Counted from the first letter of the stretch, positions 40,617 through 55,560 are shown. The stretch: DNA of 64,000 bases from Octopus vulgaris (GCA_951406725.2 OX597818.1:12958001-13022000), one strand, 5' to 3'. Made by a program: numbers and translations. Notes: generated by a model not told the origin, from the sequence alone.

Positions 40617-42483
40617 ACCCCACGTAAAATCAAGTACACAAGCACATATAAACAGACACACTCCTGTCGAATAGGAAATTTGTTACATATTTATCCTACA
40701 TGTCCAGCACACACAGACACAACCACACACATATATAGAGAGATAGAAGAGTGAGACAAAATTATATACACATTTACACACGCACACAGACATATAATCT
40801 ATGTATGCATATGCATAAATTTATATGTAGTATTTGTATGTGTGTCTTGTTATTCATAGGTGTTTGTATGATTGTGAGTCTGCGTACGAATAGGTGTATA
40901 TATTTACCTTGATATACGTGCGTATATATTTACACGCTTATTCTCTCCCAACTATTTATACGACACTTGATTACTGACTATATAAAAACGTTTCATTGAA
41001 CTGTAAATGTTTTATTCTTTGATTCTCAAGCTAAAGACTTACTATTAAGAGATTTTTTATATGTTTATCCTACATGTACCATTTTATTATTTCTATTAAC
41101 ATATAAAACATTTGTAATGATGAATAAATGATACCAAAACAAAAAATAAACTTCCCCGCTTCCTATTTTGATATACTACTTACTCTGTAAGTAATATTTT
41201 CAACACTAATAGGTATCTCACAAAAAGAAAGAAAGAAAACTAAATACGGAATTTGGATACTGGAATAAGCATATGTTCTTCAAAAGGACACAGGCTGGAA
41301 TTTAGAACTACGTATATTCTACATAATATATATAACACAGTTTCATTCGGTTTCATGCAGCTTGAAATTTTGCAGGCTTCGTTCGTTGAAAGAGAGAGCG
41401 AGAGTTAAATATTACTGCTCAGTGAATGTAGGCGTTGTGTGAAATAAGTGTAGTATTTTGGAAGTATTCAGTTTATACATATGAAGGATATCATGCCATT
41501 AATTCTACGTGACAAAAACTTTTTTCTAAGTGATTCATGCAACACCTTATATGCTATTTATCATGCAGAAGTGTATCTGCATGATACAGAAGTGATCAGA
41601 ACGAGATATTGAAAAACAATCGCACAACTTAAGAAAATGTAATGCATATTTTCTGTATGATATCGATACAATAGCTTTCAAACATCAGTCGACATGTAAA
41701 GATAATTCATTGATAAAATATACTTTCAATCGGACATATTCACGTTTTTATTTCACATAAATCAACCATTAATCATGAGAGAAGTTTTAATAAAACGAAA
41801 ACCAAGCGAAGGTTAATTTTATTTCATCCCCTATCTACATATATTTACGTGTTGCGTAACGCATACTGATGCCAATTGCTTGCTCTATGAAATTCATATT
41901 TCTTTGAAAGATTGTTTGTATATCCTATACGAGTATAATAACTAAGAAACTTGCCTATATTAGTTACATCGTCTACCCCATCGACATACATATTTATTGT
42001 TAACAATATGCTCCTAATATAATCCAAAGGCATGATCTGAATATGTCCCGTGTTCTATTAAGAATAGAGGGAATATAAAACATTATTTATCCATTTCTCT
42101 TTTGTTCCTTAATGTAATAGTAATATATTGTTTATGTGGAATAAATCTAGACAACATGTTTAAAATTAACTTAATCTTAGCATTTAATAGATTGAATTTA
42201 TGTTCAATACATTCCGTGATATTTCATCGTTAGCATTTAATATATTGCATTACCTTGTATCTCTCTAAGATGTCTTACAGAGAGTTATTCAATATATTGC
42301 AATTTGCATGGATAAAATGAATATAATCCACTTTGGTATCCTTGAATAATATTCAATTAATTGTATCTAATTTGGAATCTAATAATTCAAAGAGAATATA
42401 AAATAATATTGCCTTTGTGGTCCTGTTAAACAATGAAATTATTAATCGAATGTCTTTCCCCCGACTACTCATTAATAAAATTG

Positions 42484-42524
<41 letters not shown>

Positions 42525-43244
42525 CAGGAATATAATATACAACACAAGGCGTGAACTTATGAAATTTATGTATTAATACGTTATTGCTCTGTTTTTATCA
42601 TTAACTATAATCATATTTGTAAAGGAAGACATTTTTTTTCAAATATCAATTTCGTAATTTTTGCCATTATTTGTGAAGCAGAATTGTCTTCTTGCATATC
42701 GCTACTTCATTAATATATTATAAGAATCTGTATAATCTGTAAAGACATTGCACAAAATATTTAATTTTCTCGGATGTTGTAGTGACATCTGGAATAGCAC
42801 TATGCTTTCAGTGCATGACTATACACAGCTGTAAATGAAAACATTTCCGTGGCCAATATTTTCCTGTGGAATTGTAAGAATTGATTCAAATAGCAGAAAA
42901 TGTGAAAATTATGATCATCCGGCTCTTTTTTAAGGTCCTTCCGAGCCGATTTAGGTTTGGGATTGCCTCATCTTCTGAAACATACACATACACAAATTCA
43001 CACACAAAGCACCCGTGCACACGTATCATACTCAAAGACACATGTATGAACAGACATACATACACGCTCACAGAACTACATACATTCATTCATAAATACA
43101 TACATATATGTATATTTGTCTGTCTATGTATCTATCTATCTCTCTATCTATCTGTCTGTCTATCTGTCTGTCTGTCTTCTGTCTATCTCTGCTTTTGTCT
43201 CCATCTGTCTGTACCTCTCTCTCACTCTCTCTCTCTACACACAG

Positions 43245-43283
<39 letters not shown>

Positions 43284-43349
43284 CATATATATAGAATTTA
43301 TATATATATATATATAATATATATATATATATATAGATGTTCAAGTGGG

Positions 43350-44620
43350 CCAACAGGGTATTTTTATTTGTATATATGTATATTTACAGTATTTGGAGTC
43401 AATGGATGTGCAGATTTTTCAGTTTTATGCGTGTATTCACAAGCATATAGTTGTCTAGATATATGTATATTTACTTATATGAGTAACTTCTAGAATTTTT
43501 TTTACAAGTTTTAATTAATATTTCCAGTGATTACTTGAATGTATTGTCTTAAAATCCGCTTTGAACTTCGTTTTGTTAAGAAGTCTATTTCTCAAGATTG
43601 GTACTTAAACCGCGAGTTACATATAACAGTGCACAAATAATTAAAGGTATAAATCTGAACTAGTAAACTGAGTAAACTGAGTAGACCTCTAAATAGTTCA
43701 GCGTAGGTATTTTCATTTTTGATGATCTTTAGTTTAATGTTAATAACCGCTGGGCAGCCAATTACAAATAATGTAATTTTCTCTTCTGTGTCCCAAATCA
43801 CTATGTCAGGTCAATTACGTTTACATTTATTTGGTGTTTTCCCTAGGATATTTCCATTATAAGAGTCCTCTACCATAGTGTGGGCTCTATTTTATTTGGC
43901 CTCAGGTATATCCTTCTGATAGATCACATTATACAGTGTCTTGGCTACAATATTATATCTCATCGGTGGATAATATCTACTACGAGACATGATGTTGTAT
44001 CCGTGCTTATGATGTGGGTGATATGTTCAGTGCTACCCTTTTGTCCATGAGGTATCTGGTTGATATCTCCTGTTCCTGAATTGCAAAACCATACCTATCA
44101 GAAGGAGAATTAGTAAACTGATTGTTGGTCTATGATATGCTGCTTTGATTATCATGTTATTATCCTCACGGAGCTTTCCGTTAGTATGACCGTGCAAAGT
44201 CTTTTTATAAACATTCATACATTTATCTGATGATATGTCATTCGATATCTTTCGGCATGTATTTAAGGTTAACACGCTAAGAATTATCCTCGAGGCGCTG
44301 CATTTCAAGTCCCATGATGTTATCACCATCCTGTTTGCAAGCTTCGTCAAAGGATACATTTCGCCACATTGTGGATAAAAGATATTGCCGAAGGAATATG
44401 ATATGATATTCAACGACAATCCGGATCGATATTAAACCTCTTTGTTTTCGGTTTAGGTAAAGGTGGTCTACGTTTCTTTGGATGGGAAAACTATTTGTGC
44501 GGTTCAATATCTTCCAGAATTTTAAACATCAATGGCTTCGTCCAATCAAGTAGCGCAAATGTTGGTTTGGGTACTGGTACTGCAAACACTGTTAGCCATT
44601 GTTGTATCTGACTGTAATAT
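43350..44620 (-). mobile_element. R4/NeSL-type RLE non-LTR retrotransposon 3' fragment (older copy)
   Basis: NVDHLYLNRKQRGL, YKKTLHG, IWDTEEKITLFVIGCPAVINIKLKIIKNENTYAELFRGL. The 3' UTR is shared with the adjacent copy (CAACAGGGTATTTT). Confidence 0.75.
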
Positions 44621-44669
44621 TCTTCAGTGAGACGTGTTTCGTATGTATGTAATGTAATGTAATATAAGT

Positions 44670-45522
44670 ACGTATGTCATTTTAAAGTTTATTTCAAGAT
44701 TTCTTCCCAATAGAGAAAGAACCAGTTTCTAACCTAGATCCACGGTTCCTTCATTGAAATTACAACACCAACAACAGGGTATTTTTTCTATATGTATGTA
44801 TGTGCAGATTTATATGATTTATGTATTCTCATGCATATAGTTATATACCTAGACATGGTCATATATATATTTAAATGATAAACTTCTGAAAAGTTTTACA
44901 AATTTTTACAGTTCCAGTGATGGATTGGATCTGTATCTTCGAATTAGCTTACTTCTTTCTGGTTTTGAGAAGCTTAATTTCTCAAGATTGGTATTTAGGC
45001 AGTGTGTTACATATCTAGGGCCCCAATTATTGCAGGTATAAACCTGAACTTGTAATCTGGATAGAATAACTGCAGCTTTCTCAAACGTTCATCATAAGTG
45101 CTCTCTTTTTCACTAATCTTCAGCTTTATGTTAACATCCGCTGGGCAGCTAATTTCCACAACTCTGCACAGTTTCTCTTCTCTATCCCAAATCCTTATAT
45201 AAGGTCTTTTGTGCTTACGTTTTATTGAGGTCTTCACTGGTACATTCCTACAGTATTCCTTTTCATTATAAGTGGCCATGGTTTCTACCATACTGTGGGC
45301 TTTTTTTATCCTTTCGACGGATTTTATTACAGAGTGTCCTAGCTACAACGTTATGTCTCATCGGTAGATAATACCGTGATGACATTTTCGGACAACTGCT
45401 TATGATGTGGGTGATATCTTCATTGTGAACTCCACAAAGTCTGCATCGGTTGTTACATTTTACGGCTTTTCCCGCATCTATATCCCTTTTGTGCATCCGG
45501 TTCTTGGTCCATGATAGACTGC
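44670..45522 (-). mobile_element. R4/NeSL-type RLE non-LTR retrotransposon 3' fragment
   Basis: CCHC knuckle CRLCGVHNEDITHIISSC, RHNVVA motif, and RLE region RPYIRIWDREEKLCRVVEISCPADVNIKLKISEKESTY...IIGAL. Confidence 0.88.
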
Positions 45523-45572
45523 TTTGATGATGTATGTATGTATGTAAGTATGTATGTATGTATATGAGTATG

Positions 45573-45611
<39 letters not shown>

Positions 45612-45679
45612 CAATAAAATAAACCGAATATAATTCGGATACCAGTACAAGGGCCAGTCTCCCGAGGTACTATCATAAC

Positions 45680-46836
45680 ATGTGAACACATTTCTTCTAT
45701 CCGTGTTGCAATGCTTGTATCCCATTGCCGACGTTTTTACTCTGTTGGCTAACACATTTATCAATAGCATATATAACATAGGCATCACTGCGATGCTTCT
45801 CCTCACCAGTTGATTTTTCATACCATGTGGGGCCCAATCAGCAGAATAAATAGGATGTCCAACCAGTTCAAACCTACAGTCAGGCAAACATGAATTGAGG
45901 GCAAAATGTGCCTGTTGAAGCATTGTCCCGATGAAAAAAGACACATTTCGTCAGTTTCTTTGGGTGTATGTTCTTGATAGCCTTTCGTAACTGCTTCAGC
46001 AATTTGGCATAGTACGTTCCATTTATGACGTGCCCTTTTTGAAGATAGTGTATGCACAGAATGACATTTCCTTCTAAAAAAAACCTAGGCATTCACGTTC
46101 CCTCTGATGAAACAGCCTTGATCTTCTTTGAAACAAGTGAAGGGAAGTGTTTCAAAAGCATAGAATGTATGTTTGTCTTTCGGTCAAAGTGATGAGCTCA
46201 TCATTCATCGTGGGTTAGGAAATGTTCGAGGAAACCAGCTGGATCTACCTGAAATAATGTCAGATTATGTCGTGATGTTATCAGGCTGGTGCGCTTTTGA
46301 TCAGGTGTCAGAAAACAAGGCACCCATCGAGAAGATACCCTCGCCTTGCCAAGTTCATTGCGCAGAATATTCTCAACGCTCTTTTGGGCTATATTAATAG
46401 CATTGAACATTTGAATTATAGTCAATCGCCTGTCATCCGTAGCCAGTGGTGAACACGATCAAAGTACATCTCTGTGGTTGTAATTGTAGAACGTCATCTT
46501 TAATAGTCTCCTTTCCTCTCTTAACTTCAGCGGTCCACTTTTGCACTGTTTATGAAGCTTAAGCGTCGTCTTCTAATGTACCAACCATGCCAGCATAAAT
46601 GTCATTAGAGGCTAAGCACCTTTTCTTTAAGCACCGTGCCTAATGTCAAATATTGTCGGTTTTCAAGAAACGTCGCAACCAGTTGCATATAAAGTATTTT
46701 TCAACAGTTATATATCAGATTACCAAGACAGAAACAATGCAGCAATTGATAAGCAGTGTTGAAATTATGACGTGCAAGAATTCACAGCTCTAGCATCACT
46801 CATTCATATTCAGACTACGAACTTTTCAGCTTACGC
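45680..46836 (-). mobile_element. Mariner-type transposon remnant
   Basis: VSSRWVPCFLTPDQK (WVPR-L motif), FLTHDE, INGTYYAKLLKQLRKAI, FFHRDNA, HPIYSADWAP (YSPDLAP-like), GIQALQHG*KKCV. TIR-like GTAAGCTGAAAAGTTC at ~46830. Confidence 0.88.
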
Positions 46837-47939
46837 TAGTAAATAAAAGAAAGGCAGATCGTTAGTATGATGAAAATTCAATAACATTTCTATAAAATCT
46901 TTCCATGGAGAATTGTTGTATAAATTTGATATATTAGGTCTATTCTAGTCAAAGAAATCGATTGAAGAATGTCCTACGTTTTGGATTAATTTTATTAGCG
47001 CATTGATAAGAAGAAAAAAAAAATTATAACATGGAAGTAAAAGGAAGAGAGAGAAATATGTTACGAAGTAGATTCGAATCAAAGAGAACTTGCGGTGAAG
47101 AAGAAACGATATTATTATTTTTAATCAAGCCAGAAAGAATACGCGTTAATGAGCGAACTACAATCTGTGTTCGTGCGTTAGTGCGTGTACATATAGGTGA
47201 TATTGAGCTTATATGCAACGTAAATATAATTCCAAATATGTGGTCAATTGTGTAGTGCGTGAGTATGTGAGGGGGTGTATGTTGCAGTAAGACGTCTAGG
47301 TATTTTAAGTGTAATTGCGAGTATTTTTATGTCCGATTATTGTAAGAGTGTAGTTAGTTACACAAAATAGTGTTTGGCATATAATCTATTTCTTTGACAC
47401 AATCCATGTAGAGGAATAACTTTTAATACGTGTCGGAATAAGTTATGGAATAAAATTCAAGAGTTGACGAGAAATATGATCCGTCGACAAGCAGTGAATA
47501 CCTGATATCTGTTTTAAAAAGCTTAGTTCCACTATGCGCGCGCCTCTAAAACATTTATCTTACATATAATAACCTACACAAAGTTCAAAGTTGGTGTAAA
47601 TTATGATAAATGAGATTTGATTGAATTAGGGGTGCTGGCGTTGAAACTCTATGTTATTGAATAGATTGGCACCCATAGGACGTTGATAGTTTCACAAGTA
47701 TGACGCAGTTTGAGTTGATTGGTAGTAATTGAAATCTACGAGTCAGTAAATCATATCAATGACAATACGCTTAAAGCATGAGAGATATCGATCAACAAGT
47801 TTCGTCTTATTGGAACAGTACGTGGAATTATGGCATAGTACATTGGATTGATAGAAGACAAAAAGCGTAGAATGAAAATATAGACGAAGTCGAAGTTCGA
47901 ATATGGTCGTGCCATACACGCTTGAGATAAGGGTGACGT

Positions 47940-48329
47940 CATTAACTCGTTCTCTGTCAAATTTTTGTCTATTGATCAGCTATATTTTCATTTATAACAG
48001 CTGACATTATGGGAGACACCTCTTGAATTTGCGCCGTCTATGCTACCATACAACTATCGGGTCTCAAAGTTCTTATCGTGTCTACTGAGAGATTACGTTA
48101 TTGGATCACTCTCTTAGTCTTTATTTTTAGATTTATTTAATTTTACAGACGGCCACATATTTTGAAATCATTGTCGACTATGTAAACGAATATTTACAAA
48201 AGTGTATCTACCATAACTCGTTCTCAATCAACTTATCGCTTAATACTCAGCTACATTTTCAGTTATATCGGCTGACAGTATGCAAGACACCTCTTGAATT
48301 TGCGCCGCCTATGCTACCATACAACTATC
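47940..48329. repeat. Diverged ~120-bp direct repeat (2 copies)
   Basis: 47940-48059 and 48212-48329 share TAACTCGTTCTC...AGACACCTCTTGAATTTGCGCCG.CTATGCTACCATACAACTATCG. Confidence 0.85.
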
Positions 48330-51300
48330 GTTATCACATCTTCTATATTATTCCATCTTCAGCTACAGCAGGTTTTTTATTACACATCCAAACCATATAT
48401 AGGCCATGCGTTCGAGGTTTTGGGACCTGTCTAAATTTACGATGGTCTCAATATCCCTTGCGTTTGGTCATTCAGCACGGCCGAGATAAAGTCTAATATA
48501 TAATCACAAAGGTGGATATCGCTTCTATCTCTTGACTACTCCGCAACCCAAAATCAGACCTAATTCAAAATGGTGCCTTCTTCGTCAACCAGAGCTTTTT
48601 CACAGATAAATGCGCTCACATAGTAATTGCTCCAATTCCTCCCAGTGGTGTGATACTTATCCATCGCTGTCGGGCTGCTCTCAATGTGTGCAGATTGCTC
48701 TCTCTCTCTTCCCCCCTCTCTCTCTCACACACTCTCTTTTCTCTCTCTCTCATATTTGGTCTCGCCAGAGAATGTTTCTTTGCCATGTTGCACTTATTTA
48801 ATATCATGTTAAATATAACAAAATGTAGTCATTTGAGGATTTTGGTAATGAGATAGGCGATACTGATATCCATATAAGTTAACCACTTGTTTCCTCAGAG
48901 AGGACAGGAGTCGTTACTTTCGGAATTATTGCGGTTATGAAAGACACCACATTAGTAATAATTCTTGGAATTGCTGTCCGTTACGCAGATGAGCAGAAGA
49001 TAATTATGAGCAAATTTATATTAACTTCCGCAACAATCACTTTTGAGACATTCGACATTTTTCACTTCCATGATTGACCCTTTTGCCGTCAAAAGTTTTG
49101 AAAGAGCGTACCCTAATAGAAGAACACTATTAAGTAGCGTGGCATTTACGCAAATATAGATAACTATTCAATCTCAACAAGTTCGTAGCATACTTATGCA
49201 CCAAATATGCATACTATGATTAAAATAAAACAATTTACTAGATGTTCCTTAGATGTAACGCTCTAACAGAATGTGTTATCTTTTCTAAATAGAATTAACG
49301 GAATGTGAACTTATAGCTGTAATTTTTCAATTCATCATGTAGAAATATATGTAGTAGGCTTACTTCCAGAGAGTTGCATTAAAATGCTACATTCATATTG
49401 GAATAACTATGGCATATATATTCTATTATACATCGACAGTTATAAATGAGAATCGGTACAAATTTCTTTCATGTTAGTGACATGAAAGCATTTATTAAAA
49501 ATGCAAGAAAGATTTGCAGAGCTGTCAACCAACTGAAGTTCCAAGCTAAAATTTCTAAAACAAACTCAGCAATTATGAAACTAGAATTTCAAATGCTATC
49601 CGGATCAGCAATCCCAGATCTTTTAGCATTTTCATATTTATATAAATCTGCATGATAACCTTTAACGGTATTCAAGAAAATGACACTAAATTATTAACAT
49701 TATAGGCATTCCCATAAGAACATCACTGACAAATATCATGCTATAATTTGATGTTTTCTGATGCAACAACTACGTACACAACTCTCTCTCTGATGATATT
49801 TACTTATATTTCTTGTCATTAGTTACACTTTGTATACTCCTTTCTAGTATTTGAATTGTGCTATATTTTCTATAGTTTTCTTTATCATTGAGCGCATAAA
49901 AATTATATTCTTCTATCATCTATATTTATTTACAGTACTGATAAATTTTGGAAGAATACGGTTGAATAACATGGTTTTGCAAACGAGAACATTTAATATA
50001 TTAATCTCAAGTATTTTATCCATGTAATGCAAGAGTCTTCTGAGAAACTAAATCAAATAATATTCTTTGAAATATTAGCGCATATAACCTAAATAATACG
50101 GTAGCTATAAGATATGCCAATGCGTAAACTGATTAAAAACCTAGATATTGCCAAATTAGGAAATTGCACAGTATTTCTGAACCATACTCAATAGCAATAG
50201 CTGATTTTCATTAAGTACACATTTAACGTCATATATTGTCGTCACTTATGGTGCATATTATAGTATCGTGTTTCTGATGGTATACATTATATTATGGTAT
50301 TTGTGATAGCATATATAATAATGGATTGAATGTTATATGAAAGTGTTATCCTAAATGACACAAGTAAACTCAATTAAGCCCTTGCACTTCCAGGAAACCT
50401 CTTCCAATTATTCCACATAATAATTTGACTTGGAAACTTTTGTCACAATTATGTTTTACATGTCTTATATTTGACCTGGCTTTCATGATCAGCATCTTTA
50501 CGGTCTCAATGCACACCCTATACAAATTTCTACTTTGAAATTTGATCATATTTTAAATTTCATGGTTGATTTTAGTTAAAAGTGTACTGGGTGTAAAAAC
50601 GATAACTTCGATTGTATATTTAAGTATAAACAACTAAACATATATCACAGTGTAAAACAAAATTTAATGAATATATGGATGCCATAGTCACACTGATATT
50701 AAAATGAAAGAAAATTTTCAATTGTAAAAAGGAAGTAAAACATTTCTTACAAAATTTCAAAACAAGAATACATTTTAGAAGGTTTTTTTACACTCTCATA
50801 AATATGACAATTTAGTAATGTTTTGTATTTGTTTTCAAAATTCTTGTGAGATTTAATATACCATTAAGATAATATAACATTAATGCATGAATATCAAAGA
50901 CGGAAAAATCACTTAATTGACGTTGAATCAGTGTATCTATCGCTCTTACTGTTCATAAAAAGGTGGTATGTAAGAAATTGTAGACTGCAGCTGTAAGATT
51001 GAGCTTCGAACAGAATTATATATTCTAAAACTCTTTTAATAATTAATCAGATGTACAGTAAACATCGGTTGATAATGGCTGTAGTTGAGATGCAATACAA
51101 AGTAGAATGAAAACACCAGAGCAAATGTGATTACTGTATGATAAATTAAATTTTTAAAAGTGTCTTGTTCAAAATATTTAATATGGAATTTGAAGTGAAA
51201 CAAATTATTTTCCTCGTCAATAAAATACTTTCGAGTTTTGTAGACGTTTGTTCTAGAGCTTACGCTCAAATAGGCATTACTGATCTTGGTTCCTTCTTTT

Positions 51301-51372
51301 TACATATACATACACCAACACACACCAGCAACCATACGTGCATAACTACCTACCTACATATGCGTATACACT

Positions 51373-51413
<41 letters not shown>

Positions 51414-51897
51414 GCGCGCACTCACACACACATATATGGTTACATACATATATACATATGTGTGTGTGTGTGGTGTCGTAGGGATTGTGTATAAGCCTGC
51501 GACTGTTTTATCTAGAGCCCCATGTAGATTATCATAATGCAGTCTGTTTCTTAACAGTCAATTGTCTGTAAATGAATGCAATAAACTTTTCCCTGATGAT
51601 CCATTGTAGTTGAGCAAGTTAAATGTGAGATAATATAAATAAGTAATCATCACACAATGTAATTTCAACTTTTCATTGCTAAGTATTGCAATTCAAATTC
51701 ATTATGAAAAGAAATTTGGAACTGCTATTACTGACTGTATTTATTATGCACCTTATTTGATATTAAAAAAATTTAATCCGTCATATCCTGAAATTTAAAG
51801 AACATTAGTTCAGTTAATCAGACGAAAAACGTGGGAAAAATTGATGTACTTCAAACCTGTAGGCAAATGCATGTCACGAAGGTGGAAGGCAAAGAGA

Positions 51898-51899
<2 letters not shown>

Positions 51900-51953
<54 letters not shown>
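51900..51953. repeat. (GA)n microsatellite
   Basis: Direct reading. Confidence 0.97.
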
Positions 51954-51958
<5 letters not shown>

Positions 51959-52974
51959 AAAACATAGGGAAGGAAAGAGAAAGAGAGGGTATGTAAAACT
52001 GAATTGTGAACTCACATTCTTTGGTTGGCATGTCTCTTCCACTTATATGTATATATTAAATAGTATTTCTATACACACATTCAAACTTTATTTAATAGAA
52101 TTAACACCAATTTCTAAAAGCAAAACGCTTAGATATCTAACTATTTATATGACAGTACTTATATTATTACAATATCATATATCAGGCTGTTAATTTAAGG
52201 GAATGTACAGAAAAAAGTTATAAAGAATCATACATAATGATTTTCATGCTCCAATTTTCGGCAATAATTCAGAAATGCCTTCGTGAGATATGAATGTTTA
52301 CACTCATAATATAGTGGGAAAGGACCAAACGAAATTGTTCGACAACAGCTCAGCTACAAGTATGCTATTATAAACACAACTTGAAAAGGATGATTTAAAC
52401 ATAATTAAAATATAAATTCTTGTCGAAACTGAAGCAATAAAAGTAGGAGAGAATGGGAAATTGAATGAGGCAAGTGGGAAAAGGACTTCGGATGAACCGG
52501 AAATTACTCGTCAAGTATGTGATGAATATTTGTATATTGGCTTTACAAGAAAGTGAAAACTGACATTATCTGACGAATCATTTCCCTACACTTGTATGTC
52601 AGATTCATATGGAAGTTGTATAGCGCTATTATATTCTTTGCCTAAGAGACAGTGGCAAGGAGAGTAAGGCTGAAAATTTAGTTTTGAGCAACTAGCCACC
52701 GATCCGATTTTAATATTTTAGCCACTCCTTCCGACCAATATTGTTGTTACTGCGAATGTGTTTAAGGATTTCAGTTTGATAAATGCATATTTGCATTGCA
52801 TTGTATAATACAACAGATATTAATATATTGAAGTATGTACTCCTGCCATTTAGGTCCGTTCCTATTTGCAACCAATTTATCTATCAATATACACATGCAC
52901 ACACTCATGCATACATACATACCTATATGCATATATATGCGTTTGTATATGTATAATAGAACGAAAAGTTCATG

Positions 52975-52989
52975 ACATATATATATATG

Positions 52990-53067
<78 letters not shown>

Positions 53068-53080
53068 TATATATATATAT
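52975..53080. repeat. (TA)n microsatellite
   Basis: Direct reading. Confidence 0.97.
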
Positions 53081-54084
53081 TCATATATCGTATGTATAAA
53101 TGTATTTCATGTTTTGAGATTGATATGAATACATTAATTATAAATACCTAAGGAGTGTTTATAAGCGCGATGCAAATGAATAAATGCGTGATAAGAGAGA
53201 ACAAAAAACAGACCGTCCAACAAGCAGTTAGGCGATCCAGAGCATTATACATGTGCGTATATAATTTAATGTAGACAGTCTAAAGATATGAGACACTTGT
53301 CTAGTCAGGCTTTTACAGCCAGTATTTTGTCTCCAACCAATCAATAGTCTCTGACCGCATGTTCTAATCCTTACGAACATAAGGACGCTGGTGTATAAGA
53401 ATCACAAAGAAAAGCGAGCGGGTTGCTGAAAACAGCTGAGGGTTTAATAAAATGAAAAAATAAAGAAGAGAAAAAGAGGGCCGAGGGCAATCTGACTACA
53501 GTATCAAATATGTACATTTATAACAGCAGCTTTTGATGTTTAGGGACATTGAGCTTTTGTTTCTAAGAGAACAAACGACTCCATGTGTGCATTTTGCGTA
53601 CATGTAATTATATACTAGTCGCTGTAGTTTAGAGTCAGGTCATCAAAATTACAGATTTATAATGAAAGGTTTTAAATTCTCTCTTACATTTAGTACTACA
53701 GAGAACCCAGGATAAAAAGCACATTATAAATGTAACCTTCACTACTACGATAGTTTGGCATTTGATAATGGAATAATTTTCTTAGTACGTATGAGCTTTT
53801 CATAAGCATACAAGTGTTGTCTATTGGTGTTAATTGATCCGACACTTACCCGATGAATTACAAGTTTCACTGACGGAAGATGAATGCACAAGAAGAAAGA
53901 TACGTTATGGATTCAAAAATTATTGCAGAAATATTACATAAATACGTATTTGTTATCAATAGTACACAGAAATATTAGGAAGATTTTTTTGCTGTTATTC
54001 ATAGCGCTATTCATTTTTATGAAATATAAACAAACATATTTCTACTCTGATATTTTTACAGGTATTTAAAGGTATCTAATGCGT

Positions 54085-54157
<73 letters not shown>

Positions 54158-54224
54158 TAAATACGTGTGTGTAAAGTATGTATCTACATGTACTATTATG
54201 AATATATAAGGAAGCAATAAGGTT

Positions 54225-54555
54225 GCATACGGCTACAATAGTTAGCACGCCAGTTAAAAGTCTTAGCGGCATTTTCTCAGTTCATGCGTTCCGCCAAGAT
54301 CGCGTTTGCCTTTCGTCATTAAAGGGACAAAAAATAATCCCTAGTCGAGCGTTAGGCTCAATGTAACCAACGAAGTTGCTAGCCTTGTGCCGGCGAGTTA
54401 GCAGAATCGTTAACAAAGTGCTCAGCGCGCCGGGCAAAATGCTTAATATACCCGTTCGTGGTCGATAAATTAAGCAGCAGTTGTATAGTGTGATCAAAAT
54501 AATCGACTTAGTCATTTTCCCAGAAATTGCTGGCCTTGTACCAAAATTTGAGAGC
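54225..54555 (+). mobile_element. Cluster of degenerate SINE copies (18.8-kb family)
   Basis: GTTAGCACGCC, GCCGGGCAAAATGCTTA, GGTCGATAAATTAAG, AAATTGCTGGCCTTGTACCAAAATTTG. Confidence 0.7.
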
Positions 54556-54624
54556 ATGTATATGATGGTGTCTCGGATATATTGCGTAATGAAATTTTTG
54601 TATTGTATGTACTACTATTAAAAT

Positions 54625-54870
54625 GTGGTCTGAACAATAAGTTTCCGGTCTGTTGCTATGATATTGAAGCTAAAGCACGCAGAGTAAAGCCTCTTGGCAC
54701 AGGTTGACCTTGAACTCTGTTTACAGCAGTGCTTGGAAGGATGGTGTGTAGCGTGTGATCATTGCATTGACCATGACAGAGTAAGCTGAGCAGAGAACCG
54801 TCATTAAATTTTGCCAAAAGTTTGGCGATACTTATTCAGAGGTCTACGCAAAGTTTCCAAAATGTTTTCA
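54625..54870 (+). mobile_element. Mariner left end and transposase N-terminus fragment
   Basis: TIR-like GGTCTGAACAATAAGTTTCCGG, then MTE*AEQRTVIKFCQKFGDTYSEVYAKF (mariner N-terminal EQR..IKFC..LG pattern). Confidence 0.65.
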
Positions 54871-54949
54871 TCGTTCTCGACGCAATCAAGGAGATCTTGT
54901 GCAATTGAAACTCGACTCGCAAGCAGACACAGATACAGAACAGTTATAA

Positions 54950-55560
54950 AGTAACAACGGCAGGGCTAGCAAAGTACTTAAAAGTAAGCAGTAGAAGACA
55001 ACTACATGTTATAAAGCAACATGAGAAAAGAAGACGCTTTTCTCTATACCCAAAGAGGCGATGAAAAGACAAACTGCCCTGATATACTGATCTCAGATGA
55101 CAACATAGCAGAAATGGACAAAGAGAGACAAAAACATAAAAACAGAATTGCAATACATACTAAAGAAGAAATGGAAAGAAAAATCGTTCCATGTCCTATA
55201 TCGTGCAAATATGATAAAAAAAAATTGAGTCTAAGTAACAGTCAACAATGTTTCATGCTGCTCAGGACCAATGCCTGACCACAAAACCAGTGTAAGAAGA
55301 AAATCATGAAAACTGGCATTAACACCAAATATAGGATGTACAATCGGTAGTTATATCGAATGGACAATATGCCAACACTATAACATAAAATCTGACAAGA
55401 ACTGATATAAACATGTGCCAAGGCACAACCATATGGGATATGCTTGTTCAAACTGATAAAATATTAATCGATAATCTCTTTGACATAATAAACAAGGATT
55501 GTGACGCAAGAGAAACGCCTGGATATTGATAGACACCGCAGTTACTTCCTGCCAAGATGA
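54950..55560 (+). pseudogene. Degenerate R4/Dong-like LINE C-terminal (RLE) fragment
   Basis: TIGSYIEWTICQHYNIKSDKN*YKHVP and TTIWDMLVQTDKILIDNLFDIINKD...LIDTAV, matching the YIHW.IC..Y...WY.H.P / ILWD..I.TD....NRPDII pattern. Confidence 0.65.

Noticed and set aside
44712-44760. Hammerhead-like AATGAAGGAACC...GGTTAGAAAC in the RLE-LINE 3' UTR (minus strand)
   Set aside because: The core is non-canonical and no stem I pairing is evident.
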